From Octopus sinensis (taxonomy: Eukaryota): DNA of 64,000 bases. The notes under the pieces were generated by a model. The model was not told where the DNA came from, did no database searches, and saw only the letters and a program-made list of their open reading frames with translations. The DNA lies in assembly GCF_006345805.1 (NCBI RefSeq), contig NC_043013.1, positions 52,514,001 through 52,578,000 on the forward strand, read 5' to 3'. Of this stretch, positions 27,150 through 40,264 are shown one piece after another. Position 1 is the stretch's first letter, and each line of letters starts with the position of its first letter. The position numbers and the translations under genes were made by a program.

Positions 27150-27900
27150 AATGTTGACCAGCAGGAGGTCAAACCAAAAGGGTGTGTGGAGCCGTGCTAA
27201 AGAGCTCCTACTCAACAAAGCTTTTCTTAAGGAAGCCAAGCAACATGGCCGCAATCTCTTAACAATATGGCTAGACTACAGAAAATGTTTTCAGCTCTGT
27301 GCTCCACTTATGGATGATAGAACCGTTTCACTTTGTTAAAGTGCCAGCTGCTGTTGTGAAGGGCATTGAAAGACTGGCAGCAACATAGTCCACATATTTA
27401 TGGATGACAACTACTAAACCAACACCGGTTGTTACAAATAGAATTAAACTATTAAAACAGGCATATTCCAGGGTGACAGTTTATCTGTAATGCCGTTTGT
27501 AGAGGCAGTGTGTTATTTGTCAGCGCTGTTAACAAAGTTCCAAGTCTACATGCTGGGATATGTAGAAAAGGATACAATTAATGTCACCCACACATTTTTT
27601 GTTGATGACCTAAAGTTCTGATCAAGATCACGAGAAGATTAGAAGTAGTCACGACATTCTTGCGAGACATTGGAGTGGAGTTTGTGCAAAGATAAATGCT
27701 CGTACATGGTAGTCAACCGAGGAAGAGTTTGCAGTTCAGCAGTGACATGTGTAATCGTGAGATCCATCTGAGAGATCTGTGTCTCATGGAGATGTATAAA
27801 CGGAAGAAAGAGAGAAATCGCTAATCTGTAGCAGAGTCAGCTACAACAGCGATGGCCTACCAAGAAGTTACTGTCTCAAGGCTAACACCAGTTAAGGACC
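27150..27900 (+). mobile_element. Degraded R4/Dong-clade reverse transcriptase fragment
   Basis: NQKG..ELLLNKAFLKEAKQHGRNLLTIWLDYRKCF, GIFQGDSLS (27460-27486), THTFFVDDLK (27598-27615) and RDIGVEF..KCSY. Confidence 0.85.
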
Positions 27901-28055
27901 CAAATATAAGAACAACGAGGAAATGTATAGGTGGGATTGAACTTTAAGTGGTGGCATTTCATCCATGTGGGTGTGATTTGTTGTTATTTGATTTTCATTT
28001 TATGTAATTATTTGTAACATACTCTTAATGTCTTTAATTATAATGTAGACAGCGC

Positions 28056-28272
28056 GGCGAGCTGGGGGATCCGTTAAACACGTTGGACGAAATGGTCACA
28101 GACATTTTCTTCGTCATTACGTTCTGAGTTCAAATTTTGCCAAGGTCGACTTTGCTTTTCATTTTTTCGGGTTCGATAAAATAAGTTGCAGTTGAACACT
28201 AGGATCCATGTAATCGACTTACCCCACTCCCATGAAGGTGCTGGCCTTGTGTCAAAATATAAAACCAATTAT
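28056..28272 (+). mobile_element. SINE family B
   Basis: GGCGAGCTGG head, GTTCTGAGTTCAAATT B-box-like motif, GTCGATAAAATAAG-type core and GGCCTTGTG tail. Confidence 0.75.
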
Positions 28273-28457
28273 AATGTCCTTATTCAACCTATGAGATTTA
28301 TAGAAAAGCATGTGTAATAACAACACAGCTATTGCAAACTATTTTCAGACAGGTTGTATAAATGTTGGTACATATTTATTGTATGGGTCCTTGTGGCCAA
28401 TAAATGAATGAATTATAGACGCAAGAGTGGCATTGTGCTAAGAAGCTTACTGTCGTA

Positions 28458-28875
28458 AGGCGGCGAGCTGGCAGAAACGTTAGCACGTCGGGCGAAATGC
28501 TTAGCGGTATTTCGTCTGCCGTTACGTTCTGAGTTCAAATTCCACCGAGGTCGACTCTGCCTTTCATCCTTTCGGGGTCGATTAAATAAGTACCAGTTAC
28601 GCATTGGGGTCGATATAATCGACTTAGTCCGATTGTCTGACCTTGTTTGTACTCTCTGTGTTTAGCCTCTTGTGGGTAGTAAAGAAATAGGTATTTCGTC
28701 TGTTTTTTACGCTCTGAGTTCAAATTCCGCCGAGGTCGATTTTGCCTTTCATCCTTTCGGGGTCGATTAATTAATTACCAGTTACGCACTGGGGTCGATG
28801 TAATCGACTTAATCCATTTGTCTGTCCTTGTTTGTCCCCTCTATGTTTAACCCCTTGTGGGCAATAAAGAAATAA
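28458..28875 (+). mobile_element. SINE family B (alternative-tail subtype), tandem dimer nested in the head of a family A SINE
   Basis: Head followed by two 184-bp units joined at AAATAG|GTATTTCGTCTG. Flanked by family A head pieces (28418-28450 and 28875 onward) that both contain AAGAAGCTT. Confidence 0.85.
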
Positions 28876-29310
28876 GAAGCTTGCTTACCAACCACATGGT
28901 TCCGGGTTCTTTCCCAGTGCGTGGCACCTTCAGCAAAATATCTTCTACTAAAACCTCGGGCCGACCAAAGTGTTGTGAGTTGATTTGGTAGACGGAAACT
29001 GAAAGAAGCCCGTTGTATATATCTATATATATGTGTGTGTGTGTGCGTGTGTGCGTGTGTGTGTGTGTGCATGTGTGTATGTTTGTGGTGTCTGTTTGTC
29101 CTCCCCACCCTACCCTACCGTCGTTTGACAACGATGTTAGTGTGTTTACGTCCCCGTAACTTAGTGGTGCAGCAATAAGAGACCGATAGAATAAGTATTA
29201 GGCTTACACAGAATAAGTCCTGGGGTCGATTCGTTCGACTAAAGGCGGTGCTCCAGCATGGCCGCAGTCAAATGACTGAAACAAGTAAAAGAATAAAAGA
29301 ACAAAAGAAA
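28875..29310 (+). mobile_element. SINE family A (body)
   Basis: Colinear with 36083-36502, including the internal TA/TG microsatellite and TAAAAGA tail. Confidence 0.85.
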
Positions 29311-29394
29311 TTATCTTGATTACTAAAAACGCTAGAGCGTCAGATAAAATATCTTACGTTCAAATTCCACTTACGATATTGTTGTTGTTGTTGT

Positions 29395-29690
29395 GTTGTT
29401 CTTGTTCTTCTTCTTCTTCTTCTTCTTCTTCTTCTTCTTCTTCTACTTCTTCTTCTTCTTTTTCTTTTTCTTCTTCTTCTTCTTCTTCCTCTTCAGGTGG
29501 CGAGCTGGCAGAGTCGTTAGCAGGCCGGGCAATATTTTTAAAAGCATTCCGCCCGTCTTTTACGTTCAAAGTTCAAATTCCGCCAATATCGACTTTGCCT
29601 TTCTTCCCTACGGGTTCCGATAAAATAAATCCCAGTTCAGCACTGGGGGCTCATGTAACCGACTTAAAACACCACCCCGGAAATCCTCGT
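29395..29690 (+). mobile_element. (TTC)n tract followed by a degraded SINE family B (29495-29690)
   Basis: GGTGGCGAGCTGGCAGAGTCGTTAG..GTTCAAATTCCGCC..GACTTTGCCTTTC. Confidence 0.7.
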
Positions 29691-30334
29691 GGGGAGGCTT
29701 TCAGTCTCTTCCCTCTTTACTAAGCTATTAAAATCTTTTATTCAAGTTATTTTGTATTTACCAAAATGTAATACATTTTGGTAAATATAAAATTAGTAAT
29801 CTTGTTTTTAAAGATTTTATTTGTCGTGAGTGAGGAGAGAGGTGACACAATTAATCCTCTTCCAGGGCCTCCAAGACTGTTAAAAGGCTGCTAAAGATAT
29901 ATCGTCTGCTAGCAGACGTGGACTAAATACTTACAAGAAAGTGGATTCTCTTAAAAATAAGCAAGGGTCAGGTAGGAATATTTTTTTAAACTAGAATAAC
30001 GAAATAAGTCTACAAATCAGTGAAAGAAAGGGCCCGTGGGTCGGGATTTCACTGGGTTCCCTCATATTAACGAAATTCTGTTCACGTTGTTTTGATCCAA
30101 CTGAAGCTATGGAAGGAAATACAGGAACAAGAGATGGCGCAATGAGAACACATCTGAAACACCAAAGTTCAGAACTGGATTTTTTTTTTTACACATACAT
30201 AAACGAAGAATTATTTATACAAATAGCACATTGTTTCTTTCTGTAAATGAAGAATAACTGATTGAAATCGCTGCAATATATTGCGCTCACGCTGACAGAA
30301 TTTTGTAGATGAAGGCCACACCGTTATTTGATGT

Positions 30335-30485
30335 AAAGCTGAAAAAATCGTAAGTGCGTCGATCAAAAGGCTTAACAACATTTCGATTCTCTTTACGTTC
30401 TGAGTTGAAATACCGCCGAGGTCGACTTTGCCTTTCATCCTTTCGGAGTCGATAAAATAAGTACCAGTTATGTATTGAGGTCTCG
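30335..30485 (+). mobile_element. SINE family B, partial
   Basis: TTACGTTCTGAGTTGAAATACCGCCGAGGTCGACTTTGCCTTTCATCCTTTCGGAGTCGATAAAATAAGTACCAG. Confidence 0.75.
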
Positions 30486-30534
30486 AGATGTTCTCTTTTA
30501 TTGGATTGCTTTTGTTTCGTTTGTACATTTTCAT

Positions 30535-31290
30535 ACTTTTCTTGTTTCATTTCATTTGAGTGTGGCCATGCTGGACAATCGCCTTTAGTCGAACAAATTG
30601 ACCCCAGGACTTAATCTTTGTAAGTCCAATACTTATTCTATTGCTAAGTTACGGGGACGTAAATACACCAACATCGGTTGTCAAGTATGATGGGAGACAA
30701 AGACAGACACACAAATACATACATACTTACATACATACATACATACATATATATATTTAAATATATATGAGGGTATGATAGCTTGTAATATCCATGACTT
30801 AGCATGCATAAAAATCCCATAACTGTAAAAATTATCAATTAATAATATTTAAGGATACTAACAAGCAGTGCCGACATGCTAAATATAGTGGTCAATCTGA
30901 CCAAACTTTAACCACAAAGGTAAAAGCAGGAATATTGAGTAAAAATTCTTAACCCCGTACCAATCACGAAAATAATCGAAAATTGAAAATGCTAGGCACA
31001 CCCGTATCACCGTGATTTCTAACTTTGAGTTCATTCTCAGCGAGTTTTACTGGCCCCAAGGGTAGAGAGTTTATTCATTTCAACCAATGTGTGCGATGAC
31101 CGTTTTTAATGCCGCAGCAAATTAAAAAAAAGGGTGATCGAAGTGAATAAAAATTATTTAAATATAAATGAGGTTATTATCGTTTATAATAACATCACTG
31201 GCCTAGCATGCGTTAAAAACCTGTTCTAATTAGCATGCCAGCACTGCTTGTTAGTACCCCTAATTATTATTACACACACACACACACACA

Positions 31291-31321
<31 letters not shown>

Positions 31322-31495
31322 TATATATATATATACGACTGTCTTCTTTCAGTTTCCGTCTACCAAATCAACTCACAAGGCTTCGGTCGGCTCGAGGCTA
31401 TAGTTGAAGACACTTGCCCAAGATGCCATGCAGTGGGACTGAACCAAGAACCATGTGGTTGGGAAACAACCTCCTTACCACGCAGCCACTCCTGC
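30535..31495 (-). mobile_element. SINE family A split by a family E insertion in its internal microsatellite
   Basis: 5' half at 31333-31495 and 3' half at 30535-30720 are in the same orientation and correct order, separated by TA/CA repeats and the 30768-31268 element. Confidence 0.75.
30768..31268. mobile_element. Family E, long copy
   Basis: Shares the left end and ..AAATTATCAATTAATAAT with 24631. Inverted arms (TACTAACAAGCAGTGC..CATGCTAA) at about 30839-30882 and 31229-31268. Confidence 0.6.
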
Positions 31496-31709
31496 TTCTT
31501 TCTTTTCCTTTTTTCTATTTTTTTTTTTGCTTCCTTCTCTTCTACTCTCCGCTATTGTCCGATCGTCACTTCGGTAACTTTCCAACTGACTCCACTTCAT
31601 TCTTCGTTTCCTTCGGTTTTTCCGATGCATTCCCTTCTCTCTACCCTTCGTTCTATTCGGCCTTCTCTCTTCAGTTTTTATTCGCTCTCCCTCTTACAGA
31701 ATCACCTCT

Positions 31710-31950
31710 ATTCCTCCTCCTCCTCCTCCTCTTTCTTCTTCTTCTTCTTCTTCTTCTTTTTCTTCTTCTTCTTTTTCTTGTTCTTCGTCTTCTTCTTCTT
31801 CTTCTTCTTCTTCTTCTTCTCTTTTTCTTCTTCTTCTTTTTCTTGTTCTTGTTTCTCGTCTTCTTCTTCTTCTTCTTCTTCTTCTTCTTCTTCTTCTTCT
31901 TCTTTTTCTTGTTTCTCTTCTTCTTCTTCTTCTTCTTCTTCTTCTTCTTT
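31710..31950. repeat. (TTC)n/(CTC)n polypyrimidine tract
   Basis: Direct reading of the sequence. Confidence 0.9.
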
Positions 31951-33785
31951 GTTACAGTGTTCTTATTGTGTAAAACCTATTTTTGGCTTTAATTAGGGTC
32001 TGTCTCTTGGAGCAGTGAAGAACACGGTTAGCGTTCTTCCTTTGACTTGACTTTCATCCAAACAGGTTAAATGCGAACGACAAACAAACGCACAAACAAC
32101 GACAACAACAACAACGACAACATGAGCAATAACAACAACAACAACAACAAAAGCGTTGACAAAACCAATGCCAATGCGACTTTGACATAAAGCCAAAATG
32201 TCGTCGTAAAACAAAGATATAGAAAACCGTTCAAGCCTCTGAATAGGCATATGTCTTATATCTGGTTCCAGTCATTGGACGGCGGCCATGCTGGTGCACG
32301 GCTTTCAAGGTTTTTAAAACGATTTTATCCACTCTATTATTTATTCCAATCTGATATATATATTTTATCGATCTATATTTTATTGGTTAGCTGACAGAGT
32401 CGTCCGTGCGTTAGAAGGAAAGGCCTCCCAGTATGAACTCTTGAGTTCAACGCTCTTCATGGTGAACCTTACATATTATCGGGGCCGATAAATAAACTAC
32501 ATACCTACTATTGGCACCAATTCATTCCTTTTCTTCTTTCTCCCCCACTCTCTCTTCATATGTGTATATGTATACACACACACACGCACACATACACACA
32601 CACACACACATCTATATATGCATGTATGTATATAGGCATGTATCTTCAAGTTTAGAACTATCAAAAACAACCCGATCCTTAATTTATTATGGTGCGTGCA
32701 TCTACGAAATCGAGAGGTTTTAGGATCCGAGGAAGGGATTAAAAGCTTATAACTCGATGTTCCATTCTTGGCTTATAAACCTCCATTTATGTCATATCAA
32801 TTCCGTACGGATTATATAAAACAATTCTGTACTTCTGAGGTGAGGAATTTATATTTTATGTCTTCGTTTGAAGTGGTGGTCTCATTTTGTTTGTTACTTT
32901 TTCATTATGACGCTCCCTCTGGAGAAAGGCACTATTTAATGTAGAAAATTCACCTAGAAGTTCTGAGTTCAATCCTTGGCAAAATACTAAGGTGACTCAG
33001 AAGACACCTGAAGAAGGCAGGAGCCTACAACAGCCGAAACGTATCGCACTCCCGAGTTACCTCAATACGGATTAGAATCACTGGTCTGAGGTGCATGTAT
33101 GCAAATAAGAACGGGTCTATCTGCTGATGTGAAAAAGCGCCGCGCGAGTAAAACAAAATTATATTCTGAATTATGAGTAGCTCTAATTAAGTAAATAATC
33201 CTGATATTACATACCTAATGTATGTGGTTTTTAAAACTCGGCATTTCACATGGACTTTCCTCTTGACGCAATCCCGCAGCCAATGAGTGAATAAACAAAA
33301 CACATACATTAAGTATCGAACGTCTTTGAAACATTTATTGATTTATAGGAATACAATTCGGATTAGAATTAAATTTATACACGCATTTGAAATATTGCTA
33401 GATTTCATTAACAGTGTGTAGAACATTTGGAATGTGTATACAAATATGGGGCGGCCAACGCAGTTCATGGTTTCATTGATTTCTAAAAGTGATACAAGGT
33501 TTCACAGTACGGAGGAAAGTATAATCGATAATTACTGATTACAGTTTTTGATTGATGTTTTATTGAATAAAAAGCCAGAGGTAGAAAAGTCACCGTTGCC
33601 ACAGTGGGATTTGAACCTAGGACATGATGAAACTTAAGCAAATATCACTGGATATTTTGTCCGTTATTCTACCGATTTTGTCAGTTAAGATTCTACCAGT
33701 TTGCCCAAATAATGAATCATGTCACAATCGAAGACGTTTTCTTTTTTATCGGATATCGAAGAATATATATAACTTAGTGTATCTA

Positions 33786-33962
33786 TAATATTGGTTTCAA
33801 ATTTATGCACAAGGTTAGGAACTGCAGGGCAAGGAGGAGGGGGCTAAGTTCATTAAATCAGCGCTAAACCGGTACTTATTTTATTGACCCCCAAAGGGAT
33901 AAAAAGCAAAGTCGACCTCGGCAGAATTTGAACTCAGAACACAAAGACGGACGCAATAGCCG
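33786..33962 (-). mobile_element. SINE family B, degraded
   Basis: GGTACTTATTTTATTGACCCC..AAAGTCGACCTCGGCAGAATTTGAACTCAGAAC. Confidence 0.75.
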
Positions 33963-34615
33963 ACTGCGAGTCCTTTTACGTTTGACTGTGGTCCCTGCCA
34001 CATCGATATTCTTCCCTCTGCCGTAAGGTTTCATTTCCATTCACGCCAGCTGAATTCAATTCGTTCCCAGTCGAAAGACGCCTGTTGTTATGTCCTGTTA
34101 TCATTATCATTGCTGTTTTTTTTTTTGTATTTTTGTCTTCTATTCGTGTAACATCGTCTGTTTTTCAGTCCTTGCTTCGTATACATTCGATGCATTTTCC
34201 AAGGAATCTAACGCTCTTAGCTTAGTTTTTCCAGGGGGCTGGCCAGGTTGGAGCAATCTCAAGATTAATCAGCCGAAATTGCGAGGATGATACGGTTCTT
34301 GACTGAAGATAAAAGGCTTCGAATGACCCGACCGTGTTTTTTTTTTGTATTGTCTATCTGGATGTGTTTTTTTGTCCCTTTTTGTATCACCTAGTTGCCC
34401 GGATGTTTTGCATTCTTGTCCCATTTTGTATATATTAATATATATTTAATATATATATATATATATATATATAGCGGCCTACGTACACTTTGTTCTCTAG
34501 ATATAGATATAGATATATAGATATATATTGACATATACATACAACCGCATGTATACACATACATGTTGCATGCGTAAATATATAAACATCTCTCTCTCTC
34601 TCTCTCTCTCTCTCG

Positions 34616-34661
<46 letters not shown>

Positions 34662-34724
34662 ATATACATACCGTTATATATATGTATATATATATGTATG
34701 AATTATACGTATATACCTGTGCTA

Positions 34725-34773
<49 letters not shown>

Positions 34774-34853
34774 TGTGAACACAGGCAGTTACATATATGT
34801 GCGTTTATACACGTATACACATATATATATGTATATATATGTGTGTATATACA

Positions 34854-34928
<75 letters not shown>

Positions 34929-36082
34929 ATATATACATATATATATTGTATACAGACTTAGTGAATGAAGCGCTGATCAGTCATATTATACTTCGCTTTT
35001 ATCTAAAACTTAAAACCTCCTACTTCTGCATACGCACATATTCATAAATATGCACACACACACACACAAACATACACACTTATACACAAAACGAAGCAAA
35101 ACATCAACAAAACCAAAGCGAAACATACGTCTTGAAAACACGAGAAACAAACACACAACGAGCAAAATTCATGCAAAACATAAACACACACTTATAGACG
35201 CATACGCAGACACACACACGCATATATATAGGTTAATACACATACACGCACACGCACATACACGCACACATATATATAGACATATACACATGTACATATA
35301 TATGTATGTACATACACACACACACATATATATATATGCACACAAATATATATACATGCACAAACATATATATAGACATATACACATGTTCATATATATG
35401 TATGTACATACACACACATATATATATATATGCACACAAATATATATACATGCACAAACATATATATTGACATATACACATGTTCATATATATATATTAT
35501 ATATATATATATACATACACACATATATTCATGCACACATACACATACACACACATATATATATAACATCAGCAACAACAACAAGAAACACATGGATTTC
35601 ATAACAACATAACATGAAGAATCCGCCTCCGCCATCTTCACGCTCTTACTTCCCCCCCACCCCACTGACATCCTCACCACCACCATCAACGTTACGACCG
35701 CAATCTCTATGCTTTATGGTATGTGCTTGTTAAATTCCTGGAAACAGCGTTGCTAGCGTTTAATGATAGAGCATGTGGAAGCGGCTTACTATTGACATGT
35801 AGCTAGCCATTGCGAAAATATCCAGTCCCATTGATTAAACTCGCAGTAAACGAATGTAGAAAACACAAACGACGTTAGTTATATTATGGAGAAGAGGAGT
35901 GGAGCGGTGGAACGAGGCTGTGATGTGAGGTAGCGTGGAAGCGTACGTGGTATTGTTGTATCTTGTAGCACTCTTACTAATCTACATGTAAACATGTATG
36001 TATGTTCGTGTGGTTATATGAATAGAGGCATGTGTGTATGTATACGAATGTGTACATGTATGTGAATCTATATGAGCATATG

Positions 36083-36502
36083 CTCGTAGGAGTGGCTGTG
36101 TGGTAAGTATCTTGCTTACCAACCACATGGTCCTGGGTTCAGTCCCACTGCGTGGCACCTTGGGCAAGTGTCTTCTGCTATAGCCCCGGGCCGACCAATG
36201 CCTTGTGAGTGGATTTGGTAGACGGAAACTGAAAAAAGCCCGTCATATATATGTATATGTATGTATGTATGTGTGTGTTTGTGTGTCTGTGTTTGTCCCC
36301 CTAGCATTGCTTGACAACCGATGCTGGTGTGTTTACGTCCCCGTCACTTAGCGGTTCGGCAAAAGAGACCGATAGAATAAGTACTGGGCTTACAAAGAAT
36401 AAGTCCCGGGGTCGATTTGCTCGACTAAAGGCGGTACTCCAGCATGGCCGCAGTCAAATGACTGAAACAAGTAAAAGAGTAAAAGAGTAAAAGAGTAAAG
36501 AG
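36083..36502 (+). mobile_element. SINE family A, best-preserved full-length copy
   Basis: tRNA-like head (TGGCTGTGTGGTAAG..GGGTTCAGTCCC), CCTTGGGCAAGTGTCTT..GTGGATTTGGTAGACGGAAACTGAAA, internal (TA)/(TATG)/(TG) microsatellite, 3' body and (TAAAAGAG)n tail. About a dozen related copies or fragments lie in the window. Confidence 0.9.
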
Positions 36503-37023
36503 AGCATATGCATGTATCTGTATGTAGGATTACGCACGTTTCTATGCGTACAGGGAAGGGATGTATGGATAGATAGATATGTAGATAGATGTAGAGGTAT
36601 TAAGTTAGCTAAATGGATAGATATTTTGCACGATACACAAATTCACACAAGGCGCACAATTATATGTATGTGTATAAGTGCATGTATGCGTATATGTGTC
36701 TGTGTGTGTAAGTAGGTAGGTGAGTATGTATCTATTAGTATATATGTATGTATATAATATATATATAAAGATAGGTGTGTATATGTTTGTGTATGTTCAT
36801 ATTTGTATACATAGGCATATACAAATTCACCCATCAGACACACATACCTATATACATACATACAGACAGACATACAAACAGAGATACATACATATATACA
36901 TACAGACAGACAGACAGACAGATAGACAGCTAGATAGAGAGATAGACCAATAGACAGCTAGATATACAGGCAGGCAGGTAGACAGACAGACAGACTGGTA
37001 GACAGACTGGAAGACAGACAGAC

Positions 37024-37106
<83 letters not shown>

Positions 37107-37827
37107 TAAGTATGATGCAGATGGGTAGTTAAGTAAGAAGTTAGACGCATCTGAAGGTTGTGTCTCGATTCAGTCTGCGCCACTTTGCTAACGAAAGCCC
37201 GGATCTCTGTTCTAATGAAGACGCTCGTTGTATCGGCTTTATTGGAGACAGCGTTGAAAACTGCTGTTTGGAACCTCGTTTGACATAAATGAATGGCGGT
37301 ATTGAAGATGTGGAGGGAGAGAGTTTGATGGTCGGGCGATTTCTAAGAGCTTGGGGAGAGATGGAAAAAGAATGGGGTTGAAATGAGGAGGAAGGGGAGA
37401 GTGATTAATGAGAAGTTAAGGTCGGGAGATAAGGAGGAGGAGAGGGAGAAGAAGATAGAGAGATTCAAAGAGAGAGATTGACAAGGTTGTTGAGAGATAA
37501 GGGAAGAAATTTGGAGAGAAAGGCAGTGATAAATATGGGAGAGTGAAAGGGTGAAATGAAAGACAGAGGAAGTAAGAGAGAGATGCTGAGTGTTAAAGAG
37601 ATAAATAGAGAGAGATGTGACGTTACATGTAGAAGGAGTGATGTTGAGAGAGAGAGAGATGAAAAGAGAGATTGTTATAAATAGATGGAAAGAGTGATGG
37701 TTTGAAAGAGAGAGAGAGAAACCAATAGAGGAATGGAGGAAATACGAGAGAGAGAGAGAGAGAAAGAGAGATGAGGAAGTAAGGAAAGATGGTAAGAGAG
37801 AAAGGAGCACAGAGAGATGTGATGCGA

Positions 37828-37927
37828 NNNNNNNNNNNNNNNNNNNNNNNNNNNNNNNNNNNNNNNNNNNNNNNNNNNNNNNNNNNNNNNNNNNNNNNNN
37901 NNNNNNNNNNNNNNNNNNNNNNNNNNN
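37828..37927. other. Assembly gap (100 N)
   Basis: Run of exactly 100 N, a conventional placeholder for a gap of unknown size. Confidence 0.99.
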
Positions 37928-38072
37928 GTCTACGAAGCTCAGGGCTAAAGATAGAGAGTGAAGGCTTTATTTTGGCTGCCCAAGATCAAAGCTTATTGAC
38001 CCGGAACTATCAAGCCAATGTGATGAAAAATGGTGTAGTCCCAAAGTGCCGATACTGCAACGGTGGGATAGA

Positions 38073-38073
<1 letters not shown>
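37928..38073 (+). mobile_element. R4/Dong-clade fragment abutting the gap
   Basis: LRSSGLKIESEGFILAAQDQSLLTRNYQANVMKNGVVPKCRYCNGGIE is closely similar to the 51690-52502 ORF and runs directly into (AAT)n. Confidence 0.9.
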
Positions 38074-38113
<40 letters not shown>

Positions 38114-38172
38114 TAAAAATAATAATAAAAATAATAATAATAATAATATAATATATGATGATGATGATAATG

Positions 38173-38213
<41 letters not shown>

Positions 38214-38237
38214 TAATAATAATAATAATAATAAAAA

Positions 38238-38268
<31 letters not shown>

Positions 38269-38290
38269 AATAATGATGATGATGATAATG

Positions 38291-38408
<118 letters not shown>

Positions 38409-38412
38409 TAAT

Positions 38413-38570
38413 AACACATCTACAAAAATCAGCATTGCTTTGAACTGCAAGAATCTTTCGCAGGATTCTTGGAGCATGACCAGTAAGCAAGCGTCACATT
38501 AGTCTGCTGGCTGTGGACAGCTGATACTTTCCATCACACCCAGCAAAATAAGCTGTGAGTCTTCATATCA
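38413..38570 (+). mobile_element. R4/Dong-clade extreme 3' fragment
   Basis: THLQKSALL*TARIFRRILGA* matches the conserved QK..LLGT..ILR C-terminus. Preceded by (AAT)n 38073-38412 and followed by a short UTR and TAATAAT. Confidence 0.7.
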
Positions 38571-38577
38571 TAATAAT

Positions 38578-38794
38578 CCTTTCTCCTAAAAGCGCAAGCC
38601 CTGAAATTTGGGGAGCGAGACTAGTTGATAACACGACCCCAGTGCATAACTGGTACTTAATTTATCGACCCCAAAAGGAAGAAAGCAAAGTCGGCCTCGA
38701 CGACGTTTGAATTCAGAACGTCGCGACGGAAGAAATACCGCTAAGCACTTCGTCCAGCGTGTTAACGACTGTGTCAGATGACAGCTCACCGCCT
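38578..38794 (-). mobile_element. SINE family B
   Basis: Reverse complement of head, core and tail (CCCCAGTGCATAACTGGTACTTAATTTATCGACCCC..GAAATACCGCTAAGCA). Confidence 0.8.
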
Positions 38795-38844
38795 CAATGA
38801 AACAACATCAACAACAATAATAAGAAGATAAAGAAGAAGAAATA

Positions 38845-39017
38845 GCCTACATTATAGGTGCAGTGCAAAGAGCAGTATTACTTGGAACTGCAAGCATATT
38901 GCGTAAAGTATTGTGTGTCTGAGGTCCTTGTGGTGACTTGACAGACAATACAAACCCCGGTCGATAAAATATCTTCAATCAACAACCCCACGTTATTGGA
39001 TACTGTTCGGCGTCTTA
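38845..39017 (+). mobile_element. R4/Dong-clade extreme 3' fragment, different subfamily
   Basis: YIIGAVQRAVLLGTASILRKVLCV* (stop at 38920), about 95 bp of UTR, then (AAT)n. Confidence 0.75.
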
Positions 39018-39054
39018 AATAATAATAATAACAATAATGATAATAACAATAATG

Positions 39055-39105
<51 letters not shown>

Positions 39106-39168
39106 GTAATAATAATAACAATAATGATAATAATAATAATAATAACAATAATAATAATAACAATAATA

Positions 39169-39204
<36 letters not shown>

Positions 39205-39257
39205 GTAATAAAATAATAGTAATAATAATAAATAATAATGATGATGATGATAATAAC

Positions 39258-39293
<36 letters not shown>

Positions 39294-39307
39294 TAATGAT
39301 GATGATG

Positions 39308-39345
<38 letters not shown>

Positions 39346-39483
39346 TAATAATAATAATAATGATGATGATGATATAATAATAATATAATAATAATGATAA
39401 TAATAATAATAATATAATAACAATAATAATAATAACAATAATATAGTAATAATAATAATAATATAATAATAACAATAATGATA

Positions 39484-39522
<39 letters not shown>

Positions 39523-39545
39523 TAATAATAATGATGATGATGATG

Positions 39546-39583
<38 letters not shown>

Positions 39584-39808
39584 TAATGATAATAATAATA
39601 TAATAATATAACAATAATAATAATAACAATAATAATAGTAATAATAATAATAAAATAAATAATAATAACAATAATGATAATAATAATATAATAATAATAA
39701 TAATAATAATATAACAATAATGATAATAATAATAATAATAATAATAACAATAATAATAATAACAATAATAATAGTAATAATAATAATAATAATAAAAATA
39801 ATATAATA

Positions 39809-39851
<43 letters not shown>

Positions 39852-40036
39852 TAATGATAATAATATATAATAAAATAATAATAACAATAATGATAATAAT
39901 AATAATAATAATAATAACAATAATAATAATAAAATAATAATGATGATGATGATGATGAAATAATAATAATAATAATATAATAATAATGATATAATAATAA
40001 TAATAATAATGATGATGATGATAATAATATAATAAT

Positions 40037-40074
<38 letters not shown>

Positions 40075-40118
40075 TGATGATGATGATAATAATAATAATA
40101 CTGATGATGATGATGATA

Positions 40119-40162
<44 letters not shown>

Positions 40163-40209
40163 TAATAATGATAATGATAATAATAATGATAATGATAATG
40201 ATAATAATA

Positions 40210-40244
<35 letters not shown>

Positions 40245-40262
40245 GAAGAAGAAGAAGAAGAA
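39018..40262. repeat. About 1.2-kb imperfect (AAT)n array with AAC/GAT/AGT variants
   Basis: Direct reading of the sequence; source of the poly-I/L/Y ORF artefacts. Confidence 0.95.
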
Positions 40263-40264
40263 GA

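Noticed and set aside
36083-36160. Functional tRNA genes at SINE heads (also 17279, 45860-45918, 43495-43545)
   Set aside because: A/B-box-like motifs are present, but no complete cloverleaf is evident and the heads continue into repeated SINE bodies (43495 is only a degenerate head).
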